From positions 18,721 through 82,720 of the forward strand of contig CAWDDG010000009.1 in the NCBI GenBank assembly GCA_963801065.1: DNA of 64,000 nt. The letters run 5' to 3'. Made by a program: the position numbers and the translations under genes. This DNA comes from an uncultured Actinomycetota bacterium (GTDB lineage: Bacteria > Actinomycetota > Actinomycetes > Jiangellales > Jiangellaceae). A model generated the notes under the pieces. It made no database searches, had not been told where the DNA came from, and was given only the letters and a program-made list of their open reading frames with translations. This document shows positions 50,927 through 60,657 of the stretch, in pieces (the stretch's first letter is position 1; every line of letters starts with the position of its first letter).

Positions 50927-51583
50927 ATGACCACGCCTCCCTCGGACCCGTTCGGCACGCCGCCTTCGGGCGGCCGGCCCGGTGAACCGGCCGACGAGAA
51001 CCAGCCGTCCGACCCATATGGTCAACCGCCGGCCTACGGTCAGCCGCCGGCGGACCAACCACTCGACCAGCAGCCGCCCGCCTACCCGTCGATGCCGGCG
51101 CCCCCTCCGTTCCCGGCCGAGACCACCGGGCCTCGCCCCCAGCCGCCGTCGTCCATCCTCAATGCCGTGCGTCTCATGTACGTCGGAGCCGCACTGCAGG
51201 CAATCGGGTTCATCGTCGGTCTCACGACCCAGGACTCGATCCGCGACCAGATCGCCGAGAACCAGCCCGACCTCTCCTCGAGCGAAATCGACTCGGCCGT
51301 GACATTGGCGGTGGTGATCACCGTGATCGTGGGCCTGCTCGCGGTCGTGCTGTGGATCTGGATGGCCGAGACGAACCGCCGCGGCCGCAAGTGGGCCCGC
51401 GTCGTCGCCACGGTACTTGGCGGGTTGAACATCGCCTTCACCCTGCTCAGCCTGACCCAGAACACCGGTATCGGAACCGTCGTCAACGTCATCTTGATCG
51501 CGCTGGCGGCCACGATCCTGTGGTTCCTGTACCGGCCGGAGTCGAGCCAGTACTACAACGCCGTCTCCGGACCCCCCCGCTGA
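50927..51583 (+). CDS. hypothetical membrane protein with Pro/Gln-rich N-terminus (paralog B)
   Basis: 218 aa. The N-terminal roughly 75 aa are P/Q/G-rich. The C-terminal roughly 140 aa align colinearly with paralog A (SIL.AV.LM.VGA...GLTT.D..RDQ...N.PD.S..E.D.AV......W.WMA.TN.RG..WAR.VATVL.GLNI.FTL...). Confidence 0.7.
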   Translation: MTTPPSDPFGTPPSGGRPGEPADENQPSDPYGQPPAYGQPPADQPLDQQPPAYPSMPAPPPFPAETTGPRPQPPSSILNAVRLMYVGAALQAIGFIVGLTTQDSIRDQIAENQPDLSSSEIDSAVTLAVVITVIVGLLAVVLWIWMAETNRRGRKWARVVATVLGGLNIAFTLLSLTQNTGIGTVVNVILIALAATILWFLYRPESSQYYNAVSGPPR

Positions 51584-51596
51584 CCCCGGCGAGGAG

Positions 51597-54569
51597 CTAG
51601 GCGACGTCGTCGAACAGGCCCTGACGGAGCGCGATCGCCGCCGCCTCGGTCCGCCCCCCGACGCCGAGCTTGGCCAGGATGTTGGACACGTGGACGCTCG
51701 CCGTCTTCGTGCTGATGAACAGCTCCTCGCCGATCCGGCGGTTGCTGAGACCAGCGGCGACGAGACGCAGAACCTCGCGCTCGCGCGCCGTCAGCCCGAG
51801 GCGGTCGCCGTCGACGTCGCCGACCCCGTCGAGCAGTGGGATCCGGGCCCGGCGGCTGAGGTCGTCGAGCCACTCGCGCACCAGTCCCGCATCCAGCCGG
51901 CTGGCTCGCTCGGCGGCGTCGCGAAGCGCGCTCGCAGCGGCCGCACGGTCACCGGTGGCCACCAGAGCGGCACCTAGTCGGTAGCTGCCGTAGGCGCCGG
52001 CCAATGCGGGGCCGCCCGCGTCTACGGCCGCGACGGCCGAGCGCCAGGCAGCGGCGTCGTCGCCGATACCGCCGGCCAGCTCGGCGTCGAAGACCGTACG
52101 CCACACCTGCGCAGGACCCCAGTCACCGATGCGATCGAAGGCCTCGCGCAAGCCTTGGGATTGCCGCTCCACCTCGTCCGGTCCGATGTTGCCTGCGCGG
52201 GCGCGGCTCGCCAGCGCCCGCGCTCCGACGGCGAGGAGCGGGAGATCGTATCCCGAGATGCCGCGGCGAGGCTCTTCGAGCGTGCCGGCCACCTCGTCCC
52301 ACGCGCGCTCGGGATCGCCTTGCGCGAGCGCGAGCTCAGCCGCGACCCGCGCTGTCGGAATCGTGTACTGCGGGCCAGGGGTGCGCCGGGCCATCCGGCC
52401 CCTGACCTCGTCCAGGGAGGAGGCAGCGCCCTCGAGGTCACCGCGCCATGTTCGCAGCCACGTCTGCAGGATCAGCAGATGCCACACGTTCCGGATGGGC
52501 GGGTCGAGCTCCAGGGCCCTGGTGATCAGCCGTTCGGCCTCGACCCAGTCGCCGAGGGCCAGGAGGGGCTCTGCCGCGTTGCCGGCCAGCATGGCGCCGA
52601 GGCCGCGAGCCAGCCCTATCTCGCGCGCGCGGTCCATTCCTTCGCGTGCGACCTCGGCCGCCTCGGCGTACCGACCGAGCAGGTGCAGCGAGTCCGAGGC
52701 GTTGATGTGGTAGCTGACGAGCATCCGAGGGACGTCGCCGGCGAGCTCGCGGGCCGTGGCGAAGTCTGCGAGCCCGTCGTCGACTCGACCCAGGTGCACG
52801 AGTGACGGCGCGCGGACGTTGTGGGCGCGGAACTCGAGCTCGACGACACCGGCCGCCTCCGCCGCGGCGATGGCGTCGAACGAGGCGTCCACAGCCTCGT
52901 CGAACCGCGCTTCCATCATCAACCGTGCCGTAAGCATCGTGAGCAGTCTCGCTCGCGCGGCCGACGTTGGATCGGCCGGAACGAGATCGAGCGCCCGGCG
53001 TAGCAGGCTCATCGCCTCGGGCCGCCCGAGATCGCTGAGCAGCTTCGCCTGGAGCTCCAGCAAACAGCCCAGCCTGGGCAGGTCCGCCTCGATCCCGGGC
53101 TCGGCCACGGCGACCTCGACCATCGCCAGCGCGCGCTCGAGATCGCCGGCGTCGTAGGCCACCTTCGCAGCACGATGGAGGAGGTCCGCACGGTCGCCTC
53201 CGGACACGGCTGCCGGGTCAGGCATCCGGTGCCACAGCTCGAGTGCCCGCTCGAGCTGCCGCTGGGCGTCGCCGTGCGCGTACGCGTGTTGCGCGTCATC
53301 GGCAGCGCGCAGCGACGCCCTGAACGCTCGCTCCTGCTCGTGTGCCGCATACCAGTGGTGGGCGACCTCGACCGCGGCCGAGCCGGCCGACACCAACTCG
53401 GGGTGTTCCTCGAGCACTTCGGCGTACCTGGTGTGCAAGCGCGCATGAGCTCCCGGAAGCAGGTCGTCGTGCAGCACCTCCCGGAGCAGCGCGTGGCGGA
53501 ACGCGTACCCGTCGCCGTCGACGCGGAGGAGGTTGGCCGACACGGCCTCGCGCAGGGCGTCGTCGAGCGGTCCTGCGTCGAGGTCGGCGACGGCCGCCAG
53601 AACCGCGTGGTCGACCCGGTTGCCGCCTGCCGCGAGCAGACGCATGACGGCCTGGGCCGTTTCCGGGAGTTGCTCGACCCGCACCAGCAGGAGGTCTCGC
53701 AACGAATCAGGCAGTGCGCCAGACTTCTCGTCGATCTCGACGCAGGCGAGCTCCTCGACGAAGAACGGGATGCCTTCGCTGCGCCGGTAGACCCGCTTCA
53801 CCGCGTCCGGCGCCGGCACCCGGCCCAAGATCCCGGTCAGTTGCTCGGCCACCTCGCTGGGCGACAGCCGCGGCACGTCGATCCGGCGAACGCTGCGGAC
53901 CCGGTCGAGCTCGGCCAGGAACGGCCGCAGCGGATGCGACCTGTGGATCTCGTCGCTGCGGTAGGTGCCGACTACGAGCACCCGCGCGGCGCCCAGTGCG
54001 CGGACGACGAACCGGAGCAGGTCACGGGTCGAGCCGTCGGCCCACTGTAGATCCTCGACCAGAAGCAACAGCGGACGCTCGGCGGACACCCGTTCCAGCA
54101 GGACCGTCACGGCCTCGAACAGCCGCCCGCGTCCATCGGTCAGGTCGCCGGAGCTGACCCCGAGCTCCGGCAGGAGGCCCACCAGGGCGTCGCGCGTGGG
54201 CCCGGAGAGATCGAGAACCCGTTCGGCGCCGAGCTGGGCGACAAGGTCTCGTAGGGCGCCGGCCACCGGCGCGTAGGGGAGCCCGTCGCCACCCAGCTCG
54301 ACGCACTGCCCAACGACGACGCGCACACCGCCCTCGACGGCCTCGGCCGCGAACTCGGTGACCAGGCGCGTCTTGCCGACGCCGGCTTCGCCGCCGAGCA
54401 GAACGGTGACCGGCTGTCCCTTGCGGGCCTGGGCCTGCGCGGACCGCAGCTCGTCGAGCTCAGCGGCCCGCCCGACCAGGCCGGTGCTGAATATAGCGTT
54501 GACCACACCACTCATCATCCCATCGGCCCCCGTCAGGGCGGTCCGGTCGGACGCGGCGGCGATGCTCAT
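51597..54569 (-). CDS. LAL-type (large ATP-binding LuxR family) transcriptional regulator
   Basis: ORF 51597..54806(-). It has the N-terminal AAA P-loop [13 protein letters not shown], long TPR-like helical repeats and the C-terminal Lux[44 protein letters not shown]. The start at 54569 (MSIAAASDR) is favoured by an ATGA overlap with an upstream small ORF. 54518 is possible. Confidence 0.85.
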   Translation of the reverse strand: MSIAAASDRTALTGADGMMSGVVNAIFSTGLVGRAAELDELRSAQAQARKGQPVTVLLGGEAGVGKTRLVTEFAAEAVEGGVRVVVGQCVELGGDGLPYAPVAGALRDLVAQLGAERVLDLSGPTRDALVGLLPELGVSSGDLTDGRGRLFEAVTVLLERVSAERPLLLLVEDLQWADGSTRDLLRFVVRALGAARVLVVGTYRSDEIHRSHPLRPFLAELDRVRSVRRIDVPRLSPSEVAEQLTGILGRVPAPDAVKRVYRRSEGIPFFVEELACVEIDEKSGALPDSLRDLLLVRVEQLPETAQAVMRLLAAGGNRVDHAVLAAVADLDAGPLDDALREAVSANLLRVDGDGYAFRHALLREVLHDDLLPGAHARLHTRYAEVLEEHPELVSAGSAAVEVAHHWYAAHEQERAFRASLRAADDAQHAYAHGDAQRQLERALELWHRMPDPAAVSGGDRADLLHRAAKVAYDAGDLERALAMVEVAVAEPGIEADLPRLGCLLELQAKLLSDLGRPEAMSLLRRALDLVPADPTSAARARLLTMLTARLMMEARFDEAVDASFDAIAAAEAAGVVELEFRAHNVRAPSLVHLGRVDDGLADFATARELAGDVPRMLVSYHINASDSLHLLGRYAEAAEVAREGMDRAREIGLARGLGAMLAGNAAEPLLALGDWVEAERLITRALELDPPIRNVWHLLILQTWLRTWRGDLEGAASSLDEVRGRMARRTPGPQYTIPTARVAAELALAQGDPERAWDEVAGTLEEPRRGISGYDLPLLAVGARALASRARAGNIGPDEVERQSQGLREAFDRIGDWGPAQVWRTVFDAELAGGIGDDAAAWRSAVAAVDAGGPALAGAYGSYRLGAALVATGDRAAAASALRDAAERASRLDAGLVREWLDDLSRRARIPLLDGVGDVDGDRLGLTAREREVLRLVAAGLSNRRIGEELFISTKTASVHVSNILAKLGVGGRTEAAAIALRQGLFDDVA

Positions 54570-54745
54570 GCGGTGCGCGGGCTGGCCGGTCGGCCGGTCC
54601 GACCGAGACCGTGCCACCACGGCCGCGACCAAGGTCGACCTCGTGGCCGGCGCACTGCCGGTCGAACCAAGCGGTCGGCGACCACCTCGGCGCGGAGCCT
54701 GGTCGCCCTCTCTTCGTACAGCTTCTGTGCGATGTACTCGTTCAT
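54566..54745 (-). CDS. candidate 59-aa upstream ORF / leader peptide of the LAL regulator
   Basis: This ORF is below the ORF-track cut-off. My translation is [66 protein letters not shown] lies 7 nt upstream of the ATG. Its TGA overlaps the regulator ATG (ATGA). GC3 is 23/25 in the first 25 codons and lower afterwards. Confidence 0.35.
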   Translation of the reverse strand: MNEYIAQKLYEERATRLRAEVVADRLVRPAVRRPRGRPWSRPWWHGLGRTGRPASPRTA

Positions 54746-54845
54746 GACGATGTCTCCCCGGACGTGTGTTCTCGTTGACGTCTACGAGCCTCGTCGTGAG
54801 GCACATGTCCGCACATCGGGCGACTACCTCATTGTGCGCGTCGAG

Positions 54846-54891
54846 CTACCTTAGAAAGCCCCGCAGGTGCAGCCCGGGCGGCCTAAGGTAG
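54846..54891. promoter_or_regulatory. 9-bp inverted repeat CTACCTTAG-N28-CTAAGGTAG in the divergent LAL / ABC-operon intergenic region
   Basis: Each arm carries a TAAGGT (TANNNT) hexamer facing outward, towards the small ORF/LAL gene and the ABC operon respectively. The right arm sits inside the palindrome GGCCTAAGGTAGGCC (54880-54894). Confidence 0.3.
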
Positions 54892-54972
54892 GCCTGAGTC
54901 CACCAATCGGTGGACGCGAAGTCCCACCTCCCGTTGCTTCCCGGCCCAGAGCTCGACCGGCACGCTGATGGC

Positions 54973-55836
54973 ATGACGACCACCACTACCGCCATAGCGG
55001 TGCGCGGCCTGCGCAAGGCATACGGGAGCACCCATGCCGTTGCGGGGGTCGACCTCGACATCGACGCCGGTGAGGTCTTCGCGCTGCTCGGGCCGAACGG
55101 CGCGGGCAAGACCACGACCGTCGAGATCCTGGAGGGCTTCCGGCACCGAGACGGTGGCGAGGTCGATGTGCTCGGCATCGATCCCGGCCGTCCGACCGCC
55201 GAATGGCGGTCCCGGATCGGCATCGTCCTGCAGTCGACCGGTGGCAACGACGAACTGACCGTCGACGAGCTGATACACCATTTCGCGGGCTACTACCCGA
55301 ACTCCCGGAACCCGGACGACGTCATCGTCGCAGTCGGGCTGGACGACAAGCGCCGGACGCGTTCGCGCCATCTCTCCGGTGGCCAGCGGCGACGACTCGA
55401 CGTCGCCCTCGGCATCCTCGGCCGGCCCGACCTGCTCTTCCTCGACGAGCCCACGACCGGATTCGACCCGGAGGCGCGTCGTGAGTTCTGGGCACTCATC
55501 GACGACCTGGCCGACGGTGGCACGACGATCATCCTGACCACCCACTACCTCGACGAGGCAGAGCACCTTGCCGACCGGGTCGGCGTCATCGCGAACGGCC
55601 GGATCGTGGCCGTCGACACCCCATCGCACCTCGGTGGGCGTGCCGACGCTCAGGCGACCGTGCGCTGGGTCGAGGACGGCCACGCCCGCAGCACAGCGAC
55701 CACCGAGCCGACGGCAACGGTCCAACAGCTCGCCGGCCGGTTCGGCGGAGAGGTGCCGGGCTTGCAGGTCGTACGACCCACGCTCGAGGACGTCTATCTC
55801 GCGCTGATCGGCGAGAATGGAGCGGAGGAGTCGTGA
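54973..55836 (+). CDS. ABC transporter ATP-binding protein (DrrA-like)
   Basis: From the ATG at 54973, with Walker A GPNGAGKTT, the signature LSGGQRRRL and Walker B LLFLDEPTTGFD. Confidence 0.92.
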   Translation: MTTTTTAIAVRGLRKAYGSTHAVAGVDLDIDAGEVFALLGPNGAGKTTTVEILEGFRHRDGGEVDVLGIDPGRPTAEWRSRIGIVLQSTGGNDELTVDELIHHFAGYYPNSRNPDDVIVAVGLDDKRRTRSRHLSGGQRRRLDVALGILGRPDLLFLDEPTTGFDPEARREFWALIDDLADGGTTIILTTHYLDEAEHLADRVGVIANGRIVAVDTPSHLGGRADAQATVRWVEDGHARSTATTEPTATVQQLAGRFGGEVPGLQVVRPTLEDVYLALIGENGAEES

Positions 55837-56681
55837 CCACCACCACGTCGACGCCACCGGTCACCGGCCGGGGCCGACCGCCCGCTCTGTCGCTCGGCCT
55901 CTCACGGACGACGCTCGAGCTCAAGGCGTTCTTCCGGGAGAAGGACGCGCTCATCTTCATCTTCTTCTTCCCGATCATCCTGCTCGGGATCTTCTCCGTC
56001 GTCTTCGGCGCCGAGGACGTCGTTTCGAGCGGGCCGACGATCGACTTCGCCCAGTACTTCCTTCCTGGGATGATCGCCGCCGGGCTGATGCTGAGCAGCT
56101 TCCAGACGCTGGCCATCTCGATCGCGGTCGAGCGTGAAGACCGCACGCTCAAGCGGCTCCGGGGCACGCCGATGCCGCCCATCTCGTACTTCCTCGGCAA
56201 GATCGGCATGGTGCTGGTCACGAGCTCGGCACAGGTGGCAATGCTGCTGGTCGTCGCCGCACTCGCGTTCGGCGTCGAGCTGCCGACGGAGCCGGACCGC
56301 TGGTTGACGTTCGCCTGGGTCTTCGTCCTGGGCACAGCCGCCGGCACGGTCCTCGGGATCGCGTTCTCGTCGGTGCCGAAGTCAGCGAAGTCGGCCAGCG
56401 CCGTGGTGACAGCGCCACTGCTGATCCTGCAGTTCATCTCCGGCGTGTTCTTCGTCTTCAGCGACCTGCCGGGCTGGTTGCAAGACGTCGCGTCGGTGTT
56501 CCCGCTGAAGTGGATGGCGCAAGGCATGCGGTCGGTGTTCCTGCCGGCCGCGTTCGAGGCCGATGAGGTGTCCCAGTCGTGGCAGCACGGTCTGACAGCG
56601 CTCGTCCTCTTGGCCTGGCTGGTTCTGGGCCTCGTCCTGTGCGTCCGGACGTTCAGCTGGCAACGCCGGGACGACGGGTGA
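55833..56681 (+). CDS. ABC-2 type transporter permease
   Basis: 282 aa with six TM segments. Its GTG start overlaps the ATPase stop (GTGA). Confidence 0.85.
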   Translation: MTTTTSTPPVTGRGRPPALSLGLSRTTLELKAFFREKDALIFIFFFPIILLGIFSVVFGAEDVVSSGPTIDFAQYFLPGMIAAGLMLSSFQTLAISIAVEREDRTLKRLRGTPMPPISYFLGKIGMVLVTSSAQVAMLLVVAALAFGVELPTEPDRWLTFAWVFVLGTAAGTVLGIAFSSVPKSAKSASAVVTAPLLILQFISGVFFVFSDLPGWLQDVASVFPLKWMAQGMRSVFLPAAFEADEVSQSWQHGLTALVLLAWLVLGLVLCVRTFSWQRRDDG

Positions 56682-57895
56682 CCGGGCCGTCGCCCGCGGC
56701 ACTCTCCGCCGAGGTCGTCCGCCGCGGTGAGGCGTTCTGGGAGCGCGCCGTCGTCGGGTGGCATGCGGTCTACGTCGGCCTGCTCGCCCTGGTCGCCTTC
56801 GTCGTGGCAACAGACGACAGCCTGACGAGCGGCGAGCGCGCTATCGGGATCGGGCTGCTCGGTGTGATGGCGGCGAGCTACGGCCTGGTCGGGTGGCGGC
56901 TGTTGGGAGAAGAGCAGACCGGCGCGGCCGTGGTCCACCTGGCGCTCACCTGGGGGTGCTTCTACGGGCTCGCGCTGATCGCCGGCGGGGGCGTGTACTT
57001 CCTGCTCTTCGCGCTGTTCCCACAGACCTGGGCCTACCTGAGCACGCGCTTCGCCGTCCCGGCCACCGTGGTCTTCGTGTCCGGGCTCTTGCTGATCGAG
57101 GTCGGCACGAGGGGTTGGACCGGCGATGCCTGGTCCGACGCTGCGCCGTGGGCACTGCTGCAGATCGGGCTCTCCCTTCTGCTCGGGCTGTTCGTCACCG
57201 GAGTGTTCAGGGAGGCCGAACGCCGGGCGTACCTGATCGCCGAGCTCGAGCGGACCAGGGCCGAGCTGGCCAGTGCCGAGCGTGCGCGAGGCGCACTGGC
57301 CGAGCGCGAACGGCTCGCCCACGAGATCCACGACACGTTGGCCCAAGGGTTCACGAGCATCCTGACCCTGGCCCAGGCCACCGAGGCGGCGCTCGACCTG
57401 GATGCCGACGCCGCACGGGAGCGGCTGGCTCTGATCGAGCGCACGGCCCGCGAGAACCTCGCCGAGGCACGCGCGCTGGTCGGTGAGCTGGGTCCGGTCG
57501 ACCTGCAGGGCGCCAGCCTCGCCGACGCCGTGTCGCGTGTCGTGTCCAGGTTCGGCGAGGACACCGGCCTGCCTGCCGAGGTCACGGTGGACGGACAACC
57601 TCGCCCTCTGTCGGCCAACTCCGAGGTCGTGCTGCTCCGGGCGACGCAGGAGGCGCTGTCAAACGTCCGCAAGCACGCAGCCGCGAACTCGGTGCGGGTC
57701 CGGCTCACTTTCCCGCCCGACGGTCCGGGGAGCGCGGAGGTCGAGGTCGTCGACGACGGCCTGGGCTTCGACCCGACGCAGGCATCCGGCTTCGGCCTGC
57801 GCGGCATGCGCTCGCGGGTCGAACAGGTCGGCGGCACCCTCGAGATCGCCAGCGGCCCCGGCCTCGGCACCCGGGTCACAGTAAGCCTGCCCTGA
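56678..57895 (+). CDS. HisKA_3-type sensor histidine kinase
   Basis: The GTG at 56678 overlaps the permease stop (GTGA). It has a multi-TM N-terminus, the H-box ERLAHEIHDTLAQGFTSI and HATPase_c. Confidence 0.88.
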   Translation: MTGPSPAALSAEVVRRGEAFWERAVVGWHAVYVGLLALVAFVVATDDSLTSGERAIGIGLLGVMAASYGLVGWRLLGEEQTGAAVVHLALTWGCFYGLALIAGGGVYFLLFALFPQTWAYLSTRFAVPATVVFVSGLLLIEVGTRGWTGDAWSDAAPWALLQIGLSLLLGLFVTGVFREAERRAYLIAELERTRAELASAERARGALAERERLAHEIHDTLAQGFTSILTLAQATEAALDLDADAARERLALIERTARENLAEARALVGELGPVDLQGASLADAVSRVVSRFGEDTGLPAEVTVDGQPRPLSANSEVVLLRATQEALSNVRKHAAANSVRVRLTFPPDGPGSAEVEVVDDGLGFDPTQASGFGLRGMRSRVEQVGGTLEIASGPGLGTRVTVSLP

Positions 57896-57926
57896 CCGGC
57901 ACCCCGTTGATCAGACGGCGGCTAGC

Positions 57927-58574
57927 GTGGCACCCGTGGCCAGGCTGCGGATCCTGCTCGTCGACGACCACCCCGTCGTGCGTACCGGCCTCGCCGGCAT
58001 GCTCAGCGCGGAGGACGATCTCGAAGTGGTCGGCGAGGCAGGCGACGGCGAGGAGGCTGTCGTCGTCGCCGGAGCACTCCGCCCCGACGTCGTCTTGATG
58101 GATCTGCGGATGCCCCGCCTCGACGGCGCCGGCGCGACGGCCCGCATCGTCGCCGATCGCCCCGAGACGCGGGTGCTCGTGCTGACCACGTATGACACCG
58201 ACAGCGACATCGTCCGGGCGGTCGAGGCGGGAGCGACGGGCTACCTGCTCAAGGACACACCCCGGGCCGAGCTCGCGGCCGCCGTCCGGGCGGCCGCACG
58301 CGGCGAGACGGTCCTCGCACCCCCGGTGGCGGCGCGTCTGGTGAACCGCCTGCGCAACCCGCCAGCCGAACAGCTGACACCACGCGAAGCCGAAGTCCTG
58401 GCGGCCGTTGCGCGCGGCCTGTCGAACGCCGAGGTCGGCCGGTCGTTGTCGATCGGCGAGGCCACGGTCAAGACGCACCTGCTCCGCATCTTCGCGAAGC
58501 TGGGCGTCGATGACCGCACCGCCGCCGTGACGCTGGCCTACGAACGCGGCATCCTCCCCGCTCCCGGTGCCTGA
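57927..58574 (+). CDS. NarL/LuxR-family response regulator
   Basis: 215 aa with RILLVDDHPVVRTGL...DVVLMDLRMPRLDG and the HTH LTPREAEVLAAVARGLSNAEVGRSLSIGEATVKTHLLRIF. Confidence 0.92.
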   Translation: MAPVARLRILLVDDHPVVRTGLAGMLSAEDDLEVVGEAGDGEEAVVVAGALRPDVVLMDLRMPRLDGAGATARIVADRPETRVLVLTTYDTDSDIVRAVEAGATGYLLKDTPRAELAAAVRAAARGETVLAPPVAARLVNRLRNPPAEQLTPREAEVLAAVARGLSNAEVGRSLSIGEATVKTHLLRIFAKLGVDDRTAAVTLAYERGILPAPGA

Positions 58575-58586
58575 CGCTGTCGGGCC

Positions 58587-60563
58587 TCAGACCGGCCGCA
58601 GCCCGTGCGCCAACCGGATCGCCACCACGATCCGGCTCATGATCTCGGTCAAGCCGTAGTCCTTCGGCGTGAACACCTCGGCGACGCCCAGTCCGCGCAG
58701 CACGTCGGCATCGGCCGGGGGGATGATGCCGCCGACGACGACAGGCACGTCGGTGGCGCCGGCGGTGCGGAGACCGGCGAGCACGTCCGGCACGAGCTGC
58801 ATGTGCGAGCCAGACAGCACGGACAGGCCGACGCAATGCACGTCCTCGTCGACCGCTGCAGCGACGATCTGCGCCGGAGTCAGCCGGATGCCCTGGTAGA
58901 CCACCTCGAACCCGCAGTCGCGGGCTCGGACAGCGACCTGCTCGGCGCCGTTGGAGTGCCCGTCCAGGCCGGGCTTGCCGACCAGCAGGCGCAGCCGCCC
59001 GCCCAGCTCGGCGCTGGTGGCCTGGACGGCCGCACGCACCCGGCCGATCTCCGCACCCGACGCTGCCGGTACGGCGGAGCCCACGCCCGTCGGCGCCCGG
59101 TACTCGCCGAAGACCTCGCGCAGGGCGCCGGCCCACTCCCCGGTCGTGACCCCGGCGCGCGCACAAGCCAGCGACGCGGGCATCAGGTTCGCGCCGGTCT
59201 TCGCCTCGGCGCGGAGGCGATCGAGCGCCTCGTCCGCTGCGAGAGCATCGCGAGCCTCCCGCCAGCCCCGAACCGCGGAAACCGCTGCCTCCTCCGCGGC
59301 CGGGGCGACGGTCTGCACGGCAGTGTCCGCCTGGGCCGTCAACGGCGAGGGTTCGGTTTCGGTGAAGCTGTTCACGCCGACGACCTTGTCCTCGCCGGAC
59401 TCGATCCGGCGCCGCCGCGCCGCATGCGACGCGACGAGCTGCTGCTTCATGTATCCGCTCTCGATCGCGGCCACGGCGCCGCCCATCTCCTGTACCCGGT
59501 CCATCTCGGCCCGGGCCTCGGTCACGATCTCGGCGACCTTGGCCTCGACGACTGGCGAGCCGTCGAAGAGGTCGTCGTGCTCGAGCAGGTCTGTCTCGTA
59601 CGCGAGAACCTGTTGAAGACGCAGGCTCCACTGCTGGTCCCAGGGCCTGGGCAGTCCTAGCGCCTCGTTCCAGGCCGGCAGCTGGACGGCGCGGGCCCGA
59701 GTCCGTTTGGACAGCGTGACCGCCAGCATCTCGATCAGGATGCGACCGACGTTGTTCTCCGGCTGTGCCTCGGTCAGGCCAAGCGAGTTGACCTGCACGC
59801 CGTATCTGAAACGGCGCAACTTCTCGTCGAGGACGCCGTAGCGATCGACCAGCAACTCCTCCCACAGCTGCGCGAACGCGCGTAGCTTGCACATCTCCTC
59901 GACGAAACGCATCCCGGCGTTGACGAAGAACGACATCCGGCCGACGACGGTGGGAAAGCGGTCCACCCCGACCTGGCCGGAGTCCCGGACGGCGTCGAGG
60001 ACGGCCACGGCCGTGCACAGCGCGTACGCCACCTCCTGAACGGGCGTCGCCCCTGCTTCCTGCAAGTGGTAGCTGCACACGTTGATCGGGTTCCAGAGGG
60101 GGACGTGCCCGACCGTGTACGTGATCAGGTCTGTGGTGAGGCGTAGGGAGGGCGCCGGCGGGAAGACGTACGTCCCCCGCGAGAGGTACTCCTTGACGAT
60201 GTCGTTCTGAGTCGTCCCGGCCAGCAACCCGACATCTGCGCCCTGCTCCTCCGCGACGACCTCATAGAGCGCGAACAACCACATGGCGGTCGCGTTGATC
60301 GTCATGCTGGTGTTGCTGCGCTCCAGCGGGATGCCATCGAAGAGCGCCCGCATGTCGCCGATGTGCGCGACCGGAACACCGACCTTGCCGACCTCGCCAC
60401 GCGCGAGCTGGTGGTCGGGGTCGTAACCGGTCTGTGTCGGCAGGTCGAAGGCCACGGACAGCCCGGTCTGGCCCTTGGCGAGGTTACGCCGGAACAGCGC
60501 ATTGCTCTCGCTGGCCGAGGTATGCCCGGCATAGGTCCGCATGAGCCAAGGCCGGTCGCGCAT
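58587..60563 (-). CDS. meaA: fused B12-dependent acyl-CoA mutase, MeaA / ethylmalonyl-CoA mutase-like
   Basis: 658 aa. RDRPWLMRTYAGHTSASESNALFRRNLAKGQTGLSVAFDLPTQTGYDPD is the MeaA-type N-terminus. The C-terminal cobalamin-binding domain has GKPGLDGHSNGAEQVA. Substrate specificity is inferred. Confidence 0.82.
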   Translation of the reverse strand: MRDRPWLMRTYAGHTSASESNALFRRNLAKGQTGLSVAFDLPTQTGYDPDHQLARGEVGKVGVPVAHIGDMRALFDGIPLERSNTSMTINATAMWLFALYEVVAEEQGADVGLLAGTTQNDIVKEYLSRGTYVFPPAPSLRLTTDLITYTVGHVPLWNPINVCSYHLQEAGATPVQEVAYALCTAVAVLDAVRDSGQVGVDRFPTVVGRMSFFVNAGMRFVEEMCKLRAFAQLWEELLVDRYGVLDEKLRRFRYGVQVNSLGLTEAQPENNVGRILIEMLAVTLSKRTRARAVQLPAWNEALGLPRPWDQQWSLRLQQVLAYETDLLEHDDLFDGSPVVEAKVAEIVTEARAEMDRVQEMGGAVAAIESGYMKQQLVASHAARRRRIESGEDKVVGVNSFTETEPSPLTAQADTAVQTVAPAAEEAAVSAVRGWREARDALAADEALDRLRAEAKTGANLMPASLACARAGVTTGEWAGALREVFGEYRAPTGVGSAVPAASGAEIGRVRAAVQATSAELGGRLRLLVGKPGLDGHSNGAEQVAVRARDCGFEVVYQGIRLTPAQIVAAAVDEDVHCVGLSVLSGSHMQLVPDVLAGLRTAGATDVPVVVGGIIPPADADVLRGLGVAEVFTPKDYGLTEIMSRIVVAIRLAHGLRPV

Positions 60564-60657
60564 CCGTTGCTCCCGCGGGGTTGGACGTTGACCGGACTTT
60601 ACGCGCGAGTAACCGGGCGGGACAGCGCCTTGTGAACTGGCTCACGAGGGACGTGCG

